DNA of 64,000 nucleotides from Dehalococcoidia bacterium (GTDB lineage Bacteria; Chloroflexota; Dehalococcoidia; DSTF01; WHTK01): NCBI GenBank assembly GCA_009377745.1, contig WHTK01000003.1, positions 2,568 to 66,567 of the forward strand, read 5' to 3'. Shown piece by piece: positions 57,183 to 64,000 of this stretch (position 1 is its first letter; each line of letters starts with the position of its first letter). The notes under the pieces were generated by a model. It saw only the letters and a program-made list of their open reading frames with translations, ran no database searches and was not told where the DNA came from. The position numbers and the translations under genes were made by a program.

Positions 57183-58916
57183 CTAGCGCACCCCCTCAGC
57201 GACGCGCGGGCGGGCGGTCTGGCCGTTACCGGCATCGGACTGGTAGGGCGAATCGACGGTCTCCTGGAGGGAGGCGCCGGGCGGGACCATGGGGTAGGTG
57301 TTCTCGTACTCCTCGACCTGGAAGTCGATGAGGACGGGGCCGGGGTGGGCCAGAGCGAGGTCAATGGTCGACTGGACCTGGTCCTTATCGGTTACACGTA
57401 GGCCGCGCATGCCGTACGCCTCGGCCAGCTTGACGAAGTCGGGCTGGAACATGCGCACGGCGGAGAGGTTGTTCTTGTAGAAGAGCTCCTGCCACTGGCG
57501 CACCATGCCGAGGTAGCCGTTGTTGATGATGGCGTACTTGATCGGCAGCTCGTACTCGACGACGGTAGCGAGCTCCTGGGAGGTCATCTGGAATCCGCCA
57601 TCGCCGCAGATGGCCCAAATCGTGGACTGGGGCGCGGCGACCTGGGCGCCCATGGCCGCGGGCACCTCGAAGCCCATGGTGCCGAGGCCGCCGGAGGTGA
57701 TGAAGCCGGCGGGCTTATCGATCCAGAAGTACTGGGCGGCCCACATCTGATGCTGGCCGACGCCGGTGACGTAGTAGGCGTCCGTGCCGGAAGCGTCGTA
57801 GATCGACTTGATGACATACTGGGGCAGGACCTTATCGGTGTCCGGGATGGCTATCGAGGGGTGGTTGGACTTCATCTCGTTGAGCCAGGCGCGCCAGTCG
57901 TCGTGGCGGTAGGCGCCAACCTCGCGGTTGAGGTCCTGGAGCACCAGCTTGACGTCGCCGACGATCGGCACGGTGGGCGGGATGTTCTTGCCGATCTCGG
58001 CCGGGTCGATATCGATGTGGATAATCTTGGCGTGGGGCGCGAAGTCCTTCAGGCGGCCGGTGACGCGGTCATCGAAGCGCATGCCGACGGCGATCAGCAG
58101 GTCGGACTCGCTGATCGCCTGGTTGTTCCAGTACATGCCGTGCATGCCGGGCATACCCATGTAGAGCTCATGCGTGGCGGGGAAGCCACCGATGCCGAGC
58201 AGGGTGGTGATGACGGGCACGTCGGCCTTCTCCGCCAGCTCCTTGAGCTCATCCCAGGCGCGGGAGATGACGACGCCGTGGCCGGCCAGGATCAGGGGCT
58301 TCTCTGAATCGGCGATGAGCTTGGCGGCGCGGTCGATCTGCTTGGGGTCGCCCCTGGTGACGGGCTTGTAGCCGGGCAGGTTGACCTCGTCCGGGTAGTC
58401 GAACTCGCACGTCTGCTGCTGGATGTCGCGCGGGATGTCGACCAGGACGGGACCGGGGCGGCCGGTCGTCGCGATGTGGAATGCCTCGCGGATATTGCGG
58501 GCGATGTCTTCGACGTTGAGGACGAGGGCGTTGTGCTTGGTGATTGGGATCGAGATGCCGGTGATGTCGGCCTCCTGGAAGCCATCGCGGCCGATGAGCC
58601 AGCTGACGACGGAGCCGGTGATGCAGACGAGAGGCACGGAGTCCATCCAGGCGTTGGCGATGCCGGTGACCAGGTTGGTGGCCCCGGGGCCGGAGGTGGC
58701 CCAGCAGACGCCGGCCTGGCCGGTGACGCGGGAGTAGGCATCGGCGGCGTGGGCGGCGGACTGCTCGTGGCGGACCAGGATGTGGCGTATGCGGTCGGCA
58801 TACTGGGGCAGCGTGTCGTACATCGGCAGGTTGGCGCCGCCGGGGTAGCCGAAGATGGTATCGACGCCTTCCCGGAGAAGGCATTCCATGATGATTTGCG
58901 CGCCTGTGAGTTTCAC
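57183..58916 (-). CDS. ilvB: acetolactate synthase large subunit
   Basis: TPP enzyme with GGAN, the ICGDGGFQM TPP motif and INNGYLGMVRQWQ. GTG start preceded by an AAGGAGGA RBS. Confidence 0.9.
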   Translation of the reverse strand: MKLTGAQIIMECLLREGVDTIFGYPGGANLPMYDTLPQYADRIRHILVRHEQSAAHAADAYSRVTGQAGVCWATSGPGATNLVTGIANAWMDSVPLVCITGSVVSWLIGRDGFQEADITGISIPITKHNALVLNVEDIARNIREAFHIATTGRPGPVLVDIPRDIQQQTCEFDYPDEVNLPGYKPVTRGDPKQIDRAAKLIADSEKPLILAGHGVVISRAWDELKELAEKADVPVITTLLGIGGFPATHELYMGMPGMHGMYWNNQAISESDLLIAVGMRFDDRVTGRLKDFAPHAKIIHIDIDPAEIGKNIPPTVPIVGDVKLVLQDLNREVGAYRHDDWRAWLNEMKSNHPSIAIPDTDKVLPQYVIKSIYDASGTDAYYVTGVGQHQMWAAQYFWIDKPAGFITSGGLGTMGFEVPAAMGAQVAAPQSTIWAICGDGGFQMTSQELATVVEYELPIKYAIINNGYLGMVRQWQELFYKNNLSAVRMFQPDFVKLAEAYGMRGLRVTDKDQVQSTIDLALAHPGPVLIDFQVEEYENTYPMVPPGASLQETVDSPYQSDAGNGQTARPRVAEGVR

Positions 58917-59282
58917 TCCGTCCTCCTTATGGACGAGTCAGCGGTGGGCTGACGGGATAGTCTGGGTTGGCCGGGCCGGTCCTTCCGGATAAGGAAGGAC
59001 TAGGTAAGGAGGAGGGGCAGCAGGCCGAGTCGCGTTGCGGCGACGGGCCGGCGGCCCGCCAATACTACGGCCCGGTCTCGGCAGCGCTTTTGGCGACTGA
59101 CCGAGACCAGAGGGGCCTCCGCTGTGTGCGACTGTATTGTCATCGTTCTCTCTTCGCGATCAGGGTTCGCCCTGATCTTATTGATCTAAAGATCGGTGTC
59201 CACCCGGTTTGTTCTGAAGAAAGGTGTCCACCCTCAACCCCGCCACACCAACACCTTATTTGGCGCGTGAGAGACAGGCTCT

Positions 59283-59582
59283 AGAAATACAAAATCCCGT
59301 CTCTCAAGGGATCCCAGAGACGGGACGGTACCACCCTAGTTCCCTCCGATTGTTCTAAAGTTCGACTCCCACGCCTCACTCCAGTTCAGAGGACACTCGA
59401 CGCTGTATCGGGCTTACCCGCCCGAACCTATTCACGTGGTCGAGACTTTCCAGTCTCAACGTCTTCAGTCCGGGGGCTCTGGGGCGAGTTCGAGGCTTGC
59501 GGCTGCCGGTTTCCACCCTCCCGGCTCTCTATTAGCGCTTGGGGCCTCTACTACTCCCCTTCATCGCCTGTATGGAGTTTGG
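59283..59582 (-). promoter_or_regulatory. T-box riboswitch leader of the ilvBN-leu operon, with intrinsic terminator at 59283-59324
   Basis: Minus-strand AACTAGGGTGGTACCGTC matches the T-box consensus AATTAGGGTGGNACCGCG at 15/18 positions. It overlaps the 5' arm of the CCCGTCTCT-(11)-AGAGACGGG hairpin, which is followed by ATTTTGTATTTC. A UGGU bulge implies a tRNA with discriminator A (Leu/Ile/Val). Confidence 0.55.
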
Positions 59583-59587
59583 ATGAA

Positions 59588-59616
59588 AGTCTAGGCGGGT
59601 CGTTATGTGTTGTCAA
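59588..59616 (-). promoter_or_regulatory. candidate sigma70 promoter for the ilvB T-box leader
   Basis: Minus-strand TTGACA-17 nt-TAGACT immediately upstream of the leader. Confidence 0.35.
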
Positions 59617-59650
59617 CCGACTAGCGTCGGGGCGTAAGGCTTCGCGCTAC

Positions 59651-60664
59651 TTAAGGAAATGGATCAGACAGGACGTGGGGTTCGGCGAAGGCGCGAAAGC
59701 TCTGGCTGGCTCGAAACCAGTTGCGCCCGTCTCGATGCCCAAATGCCCAAATCAGCAGGCAGTCTCGCAGCATATAAATCGCGAAGCGCTCGCGATAGTT
59801 TGGGCGCAACGGCTTGATATCGGAGTATGCATGCAGGAAGGCTTTGGATAGGGGTGAGTCGCTCCGTTCTTGCTGATAGCCAGAGACGCACCGAACGAAA
59901 TCCTCTTCAGGATCACCGAAGTAGCATTCTACGAGGTCGAAGAGACCGCTAACGTCCCAGCTGTCGCCGGTTTGCTGGACGACTACATTTCCTTCCTTAT
60001 AGTCGTGATGGACGAGTGTCGGTTGAACTGGGATGTCCAGGGAGTCAGCATTCTGCTGCACCAACTCTCGACACCACAGCAAGTCAGCCGGCGTTAGGAC
60101 AGGTAGCGACACGCAGTCATCGATCTCCCGCTCGACTCTCGCAAGTGTCCAGTCACGGAAGCTAGTCTCAATGGGCGTAATTGTGTTCGTAGCAAGGTAA
60201 TATTCGCCCCACTCGGGCCAGGTTATCTCGTGAAGCGCAGCCAATGTGCGCCCAAGAGCACCTGCGATCGCGAGCCTTTCGCTTTCGTCGAGGTTATTTC
60301 TAACTGCCGGATCGGCGAGTGGGAGGCCAGGCAGGCGCGGCATGATGGCGTAGCTCCAGCCGAAGAGATCAGGTGATTCCTCGATCAGGTAGGGCAATGG
60401 TACCGGCACGTCTGTCCGCTCATGGATGAGTTCGGCAAAGAAGCGCTCCTTAGCCAGTTGCCAGTCATAAAGAGGCAAGCCTCTGAGGATGTACTGGCCA
60501 GATGTGGAAGTGAGCACGACGTTCTGCCCATTGACGCCACCGGACGCACTTGTGGCATCCAACAGCTCGCCGAGATCGAAGCGGTCGAGGGCAGCTTGAA
60601 GCTGGGCCGCCGTCAGGACGCCGAGGCGCTCCGAGTACTGACGCGTCAGGTGATCCAAGGTCAC
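59651..60664 (-). CDS. aminoglycoside/phosphotransferase-family kinase (APH-like)
   Basis: HHDYKEGNVVV catalytic loop and a DxxxxYFGDPEED-like motif. GTG start in a GTGA overlap with the upstream SRPBCC stop. Confidence 0.65.
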   Translation of the reverse strand: MTLDHLTRQYSERLGVLTAAQLQAALDRFDLGELLDATSASGGVNGQNVVLTSTSGQYILRGLPLYDWQLAKERFFAELIHERTDVPVPLPYLIEESPDLFGWSYAIMPRLPGLPLADPAVRNNLDESERLAIAGALGRTLAALHEITWPEWGEYYLATNTITPIETSFRDWTLARVEREIDDCVSLPVLTPADLLWCRELVQQNADSLDIPVQPTLVHHDYKEGNVVVQQTGDSWDVSGLFDLVECYFGDPEEDFVRCVSGYQQERSDSPLSKAFLHAYSDIKPLRPNYRERFAIYMLRDCLLIWAFGHRDGRNWFRASQSFRAFAEPHVLSDPFP

Positions 60665-61080
60665 GGTGCTTCGCTGCGGCGTTTGAGGCCTTCGAGCTCC
60701 AGGTTGATGTAGCGGCGGCTGAGGTTCTTGAAGAGCAGCCAGAAGAGCGGTGCGAGAGGGCCGGTCGATTCGATGCTGAGGGTGGCGCGGCAGCCGCCGG
60801 GCGTGGCTTCGATGCGGTGGCCGCCGAGGGTATTGTAGCCGGGCAGCCCGGCCTGCCATTCGAAGTAGAGGCCGGGCTCCCAGCGAGTGACGCGCCAGAC
60901 GGTGGCGGGGATCTTGGGCTGCTTAATGCGGACGCGGGATCCGACGGTGAGATCGCCGGCGTCCAGGCGTTGGACGGAGGTGACGGAGGCGGTCCATTCC
61001 GGCCAGCGCTCGACGTCTGAGCTGACGGCCCAGGCGCGCTCGGGCGAGGCGGCGATGTCGGTGGCGAGTTCGATTCGCAA
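60661..61080 (-). CDS. SRPBCC-family (polyketide cyclase/AHSA1-like) protein
   Basis: 139 aa; MRIELATDIAASPERAWAVSSDVERWPEW is typical of the START/Bet v1-like fold. Confidence 0.65.
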   Translation of the reverse strand: MRIELATDIAASPERAWAVSSDVERWPEWTASVTSVQRLDAGDLTVGSRVRIKQPKIPATVWRVTRWEPGLYFEWQAGLPGYNTLGGHRIEATPGGCRATLSIESTGPLAPLFWLLFKNLSRRYINLELEGLKRRSEAP

Positions 61081-61193
61081 TGGGTTTCTCCTTGGCGGGA
61101 TGAGTATGAGGGATGGGGCGGGGTGGTGGGAACCCGGGCGCTCGGGCTGCGCGTCCCTTCACTCGGCTCAGGACAAGCCTGCGGGCTATCGCC

Positions 61194-61286
61194 CTTGTGC
61201 GTTTCGCCCTTCTAAAAGAGAAAGAAAGTTTCTGAGGGGACACCCCTCAGACTCCCCGCGCATGGGCTGCGCCCCTACGAACCTGC
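61194..61286 (+). repeat. R2 repeat copy 2
   Basis: CTTGTGCGTTTCGCCCTT..TGAGGGGACACCCCTCAGACTC..CGCGCATGGGCTGCGCCCCTACGAACC matches 56414-56500. Confidence 0.45.
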
Positions 61287-61349
61287 CTCATTAGTGAGGA
61301 CGGCGCGGGGTGGAATAGGGAGCGGAAGAAGGTGGGTTTCGCGGGGCAA

Positions 61350-61406
61350 GATTCCTCGTGCCTCGGAATGACAGGGACTGATGCCCTGGGGTTCAGCCCG
61401 GGGTAG
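61350..61406 (-). repeat. R1-family composite repeat, reverse orientation
   Basis: Reverse complement of the GTCATTCCGAGGCACGAGGAATC module plus a degenerate palindromic unit (ATGCCCTGGGGTTCAGCCCGGGG). Confidence 0.4.
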
Positions 61407-61418
61407 CGCTCACGAGAC

Positions 61419-62126
61419 CTAGGCTTCGGCGGGAGAGGGGAGGAGGCGTTTGCGGGCGGCGGCTTCGACGCGGGAGAGGGCGGCGAGGCCTTTACGGGTG
61501 TCGGAAGCGACACGGGCGCCTTCGCCGGTGCGGACGCGGTACTTGAAGAGCCAGTAGGTGAATTCCTTGAAATCGGAGAGGTCGATCTCGTCCGTGGGGG
61601 CGCGTCCGCGCTCCTTGAGAAAGTCGGCCAGGAGCTCGGGTTGGGAGCGGCCGTAGATGCGGTTGAAGACGCCGGCCCCATCGATGTGGGCGGCGGACCA
61701 GACGTGGGCGTGCTGCTCTTTGGCCAACTCCTCTTCGACAGCGAGCTGCAGGGCTTCTTCGACGATGACGCCGTAGAGGTAGTTGAGGTAGGCCTGGTAC
61801 TTGGGCGTGCCGATGAGGGTCTGGAACTCTTCTTCTTCGATCTCGAGTGGTGGGTGGCCGTGGAAGAGGAGCTCGTCGCGCTCGCGGTCGCCGACAGAGC
61901 CGTCGAGCTCTTCGACCAGGCGCTCGGCGAGGAGGAGCCAGTCGAAGGCTTCACCGGCGATGAGGTAGCGATAGCGGCGGCCGTCGATAACCTCCTCGGG
62001 CTGGTCCCAGCGGGCCATGGCTTTGAGGACGGCGAGGTACCAGTGCTCGCCCTGGGAGACGGCGGTCTTGAGGTAGTCGATAGGGTTTTCGTTATCGGTC
62101 ACGAGTTCAGGATAAGAATACGGCAT
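61419..62126 (-). CDS. conserved hypothetical acidic protein
   Basis: 235-aa ORF with coding-like composition; no motif recognised. Confidence 0.4.
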   Translation of the reverse strand: MPYSYPELVTDNENPIDYLKTAVSQGEHWYLAVLKAMARWDQPEEVIDGRRYRYLIAGEAFDWLLLAERLVEELDGSVGDRERDELLFHGHPPLEIEEEEFQTLIGTPKYQAYLNYLYGVIVEEALQLAVEEELAKEQHAHVWSAAHIDGAGVFNRIYGRSQPELLADFLKERGRAPTDEIDLSDFKEFTYWLFKYRVRTGEGARVASDTRKGLAALSRVEAAARKRLLPSPAEA

Positions 62127-62288
62127 TGAGAGGATAGGCCGGAGGTGTTGCGGGGGTGGGTGTCAGGGAACCGATGTGGTGATGACTGTCGAGAGGAGTA
62201 GTCAGCTCTGGAGGCGAGGGTGTCTCTGATGATGTGGCATAAACCGTATGCCCAAGGCTTAGCACCACACCACGCCGATCAAAAAACA

Positions 62289-62545
62289 CCCTCATGCCCC
62301 GGCCTTCGAGGCTGAGGTGTCGCGTCGCCTTCTGCCCAAGCAACCCTCATGCCTGTCTTTGCGAGGAGCGCCAGCGACGAAGCAACCTCGGACCCAAACG
62401 CCCGTACGGACTGACCCCTACGTATTCAAAGCCCACGCTCACGAAAAGCGCAATGAAACGCGAGCTCATGCCCCAGCCTTCCAGCCGGGTGCCTCGAGCC
62501 GTCTTATCCCCTAGCGCCTCGGGGTTCAGCCCGAGGTATGGCTCC
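62289..62545 (-). repeat. cluster of R1-family repeat copies (reverse orientation) in divergent intergenic region
   Basis: CCTCATGCCCCGGCCTTCGAGGCTGAGG (62289-62317) and CTCATGCCCCAGCCTTCCAGCCGGGTG (62465-62491), plus partial copies at 62343 and 62521. Confidence 0.4.
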
Positions 62546-62585
62546 CGATCCCCCGCCACGGCGCGCTCTCCTTCATAATGGGATT

Positions 62586-63275
62586 ATGAAGCTCCACCTC
62601 CTCGGCCTCGCCCTCATCTCCTTGCTCCTCATCGCCTGCGGTGGCGACGATGCTCCCGCCGCCACGGACGCCTCTCCTCAGGAGCTCCTCGCCAAATCCG
62701 CGACCGCCGTCCAGGACGTAACCACCCTCCACTTCCGGCTCACCCACGAGAACGGCACAACCCCCATGCCCCTCAACCTCCAGCTTGTCACGGCCGAAGG
62801 CGACATCGTCCTTCCCGACCGCCTCGCCGCCAAGCTCAACGCCCGCGCCGCCTCCGTCAGCGTCAGCCTCGACGTCATTGGCATCGCCGACCGCACCTGG
62901 ATCACCAACCCCTTCACGCGTCGCTGGCAGACCCTGCCTGAGGCGACGATTCAGGATGTCGCCGACCCCGCGGCGCTCGTGGCTTCCTTGCTGGATTCCC
63001 TCGACAATCCTCAGGTCGCCGGCTCGTCCGAGATTGATGACGTCTCGACCGTCCACATCACCGGCACGATGGACTCCGGCGCCCTCGAAGGCGCGCTGCC
63101 GATTGCCCATGCCGGCCTCACCGTCAACGTCGACCTCTGGATCGGCGAGGACGATTCCCTGCCGCGCCGGGTCCGCCTCAACGGCCCCATTGCCTCCGAC
63201 GACGCCGAAAAGATCGTCCGCCAGGTCGATTTCAGCGACTACAACGCCCGCGTCGATATCCAGCCGCCGGAGTGA
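62586..63275 (+). CDS. LppX/LprG (LprAFG)-family lipoprotein
   Basis: Lipobox LLLIACGG; size and fold signature of the DUF1396/LppX_LprAFG family. Followed immediately by an MFS gene, as in the mycobacterial lprG-Rv1410 pair. Confidence 0.65.
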   Translation: MKLHLLGLALISLLLIACGGDDAPAATDASPQELLAKSATAVQDVTTLHFRLTHENGTTPMPLNLQLVTAEGDIVLPDRLAAKLNARAASVSVSLDVIGIADRTWITNPFTRRWQTLPEATIQDVADPAALVASLLDSLDNPQVAGSSEIDDVSTVHITGTMDSGALEGALPIAHAGLTVNVDLWIGEDDSLPRRVRLNGPIASDDAEKIVRQVDFSDYNARVDIQPPE

Positions 63276-64000
63276 ACCAGGCGGCCGTCCTCACCGGCTA
63301 CGGACGCGCCTGTCCCCTCATCCTTCTCGCAGCCCTCGGCGTCTTCTTCGCCGCCGATGACCAGACCTCCGTCGTCGCTGTCCTGCCCCACATGGTCACC
63401 GACATCGGCCTCGCCCAGGATGATTTCTACCGCGCCGCCTGGATCGTCAACGGCTACATCCTCGGCTACGTCGTCGCCATGCCGCTCATGGGCCGCATCG
63501 CCGATTCCTTCGGCCACGGACGCGTCTACGCCCTGGCCCTGCTGGTTTTCTGCCTCGGCTCGGCCTGGGTCGCCGTCTCGACTGACCTGACGCTGCTCTC
63601 GATCGCCCGCGGTGTCCAGGCCGTAGGCGGTGGCGCCGTCGTCCCCATCTCGATGGCAATCGTCATGACCAGCGCCCCGCCCGGCCAGCGCGCCCTCGGC
63701 CTCGGGGCCATGGCCGCCGCTTCCGAAGCCGGCGCTCTCGTCGGCCCGCTCTGGGGCGGCGGCATCGCCGACCTCATCGGCTGGCGCGGCGTCTTCTGGA
63801 TCAACCTGCCGATGTGCCTGCCGATAGCCCTCGCCCTTTGGCGACTGTCCCCCGCCTCTACTCCCTACCGCCGCCCCATCGATATCCCCGGCGCGCTCCT
63901 GCTCGGCGTCAGCCTCGTCAGCCTCACCATCGCCCTCACAGACGACCCCATCTCGCCTCGCACCACCGCCGGCACCCTCGGCCTTCTCGCCGCCGCCGCC
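63272..64000 (+). CDS. MFS transporter (partial, continues beyond window)
   Basis: GTG overlapping the upstream stop; MFS motif A-like MPLMGRIADSFGHGRV and multiple TM helices. Confidence 0.65.
   Translation, partial: MNQAAVLTGYGRACPLILLAALGVFFAADDQTSVVAVLPHMVTDIGLAQDDFYRAAWIVNGYILGYVVAMPLMGRIADSFGHGRVYALALLVFCLGSAWVAVSTDLTLLSIARGVQAVGGGAVVPISMAIVMTSAPPGQRALGLGAMAAASEAGALVGPLWGGGIADLIGWRGVFWINLPMCLPIALALWRLSPASTPYRRPIDIPGALLLGVSLVSLTIALTDDPISPRTTAGTLGLLAAAA

Noticed and set aside
58967-59284. 105-aa plus-strand ORF
   Set aside because: Overlaps the minus-strand ilvB leader, has no RBS and gives a Gly/Arg-rich translation.
59355-59380. tRNA-like T-loop sequence GTTCGACTCCC on the + strand
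   Set aside because: Flanking bases do not form a T-stem or acceptor stem, and no D- or anticodon arms could be assembled. It lies inside the minus-strand T-box leader.
59505-59520. Second T-box-like sequence AGGGTGGAAACCGG in the ilvB leader
   Set aside because: It has an extra A relative to the consensus and is not followed by a terminator or antiterminator. More likely part of stem I/II of the single T-box leader.

Overview
High-GC bacterial chromosomal window, roughly two-thirds G+C by eye. Gene content looks actinobacterial or Chloroflexi-like: an LprG-like lipoprotein next to an MFS pump, tlyA near nadK, a DUF4012 protein, and a T-box leader on ilvB. Layout by region. (1) 0.4-10.1 kb, + strand: an 11-gene phage-tail-like contractile injection system (CIS) operon. 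All genes are translationally coupled. It encodes a Pvc16-like cap, sheath, tube, a Pro/Ala-rich ORF, a tube-like protein, a LysM protein, a gpD/gp5 spike, PAAR-like, gp25, a baseplate J fused to BNR repeats, and gpI. There is no capsid, terminase, tail fibre, AAA+ ATPase or tape measure in the window. (2) 10.2-17.9 kb: an accessory module of membrane proteins. It includes a polytopic HExxH protein, four paralogs (shared N-terminal ~125-aa beta-sandwich-like domain, one TM helix, variable C-termini), two further membrane proteins, and a signal-less amidase-SpoIID-2xLysM peptidoglycan hydrolase. This is the most interesting candidate for an undescribed CIS-associated anchoring, lysis or effector system. 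(3) 17.9-35.5 kb: a cell-envelope glycan locus. It has two paralogous right-handed beta-helix proteins (one TM-anchored, one CAP-domain fused), DUF4910, an SDR, a DUF4012-like protein, a methyltransferase, a ugd-UXS-priming sugar transferase-GDP-mannose-3,5-epimerase operon, a BY-kinase/Wzz-like protein with a Lys-to-Arg Walker A, and sppA. (4) 35.9-49.4 kb: housekeeping genes prs, secA, tlyA, a HAD hydrolase, nadK, GNAT, NUDIX, HIT, a TPP enzyme, DUF1801 and a frameshifted MFS gene. (5) 49.5-58.9 kb, minus strand: methyltransferase-leuD-leuC-vapC/vapB-leuA-lipoprotein-DinB-like-ilvN-ilvB, preceded by a T-box riboswitch leader with promoter and intrinsic terminator. (6) 59.6-64 kb: APH-like kinase, an SRPBCC protein, a hypothetical, and an LppX/LprG-like lipoprotein followed by a partial MFS transporter. 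Two dispersed palindromic repeat families (REP/MITE-like) occupy intergenic regions from 38 kb onward. No rRNA, tRNA or CRISPR was seen. Every call comes from reading the translations and the sequence; no database search was possible.
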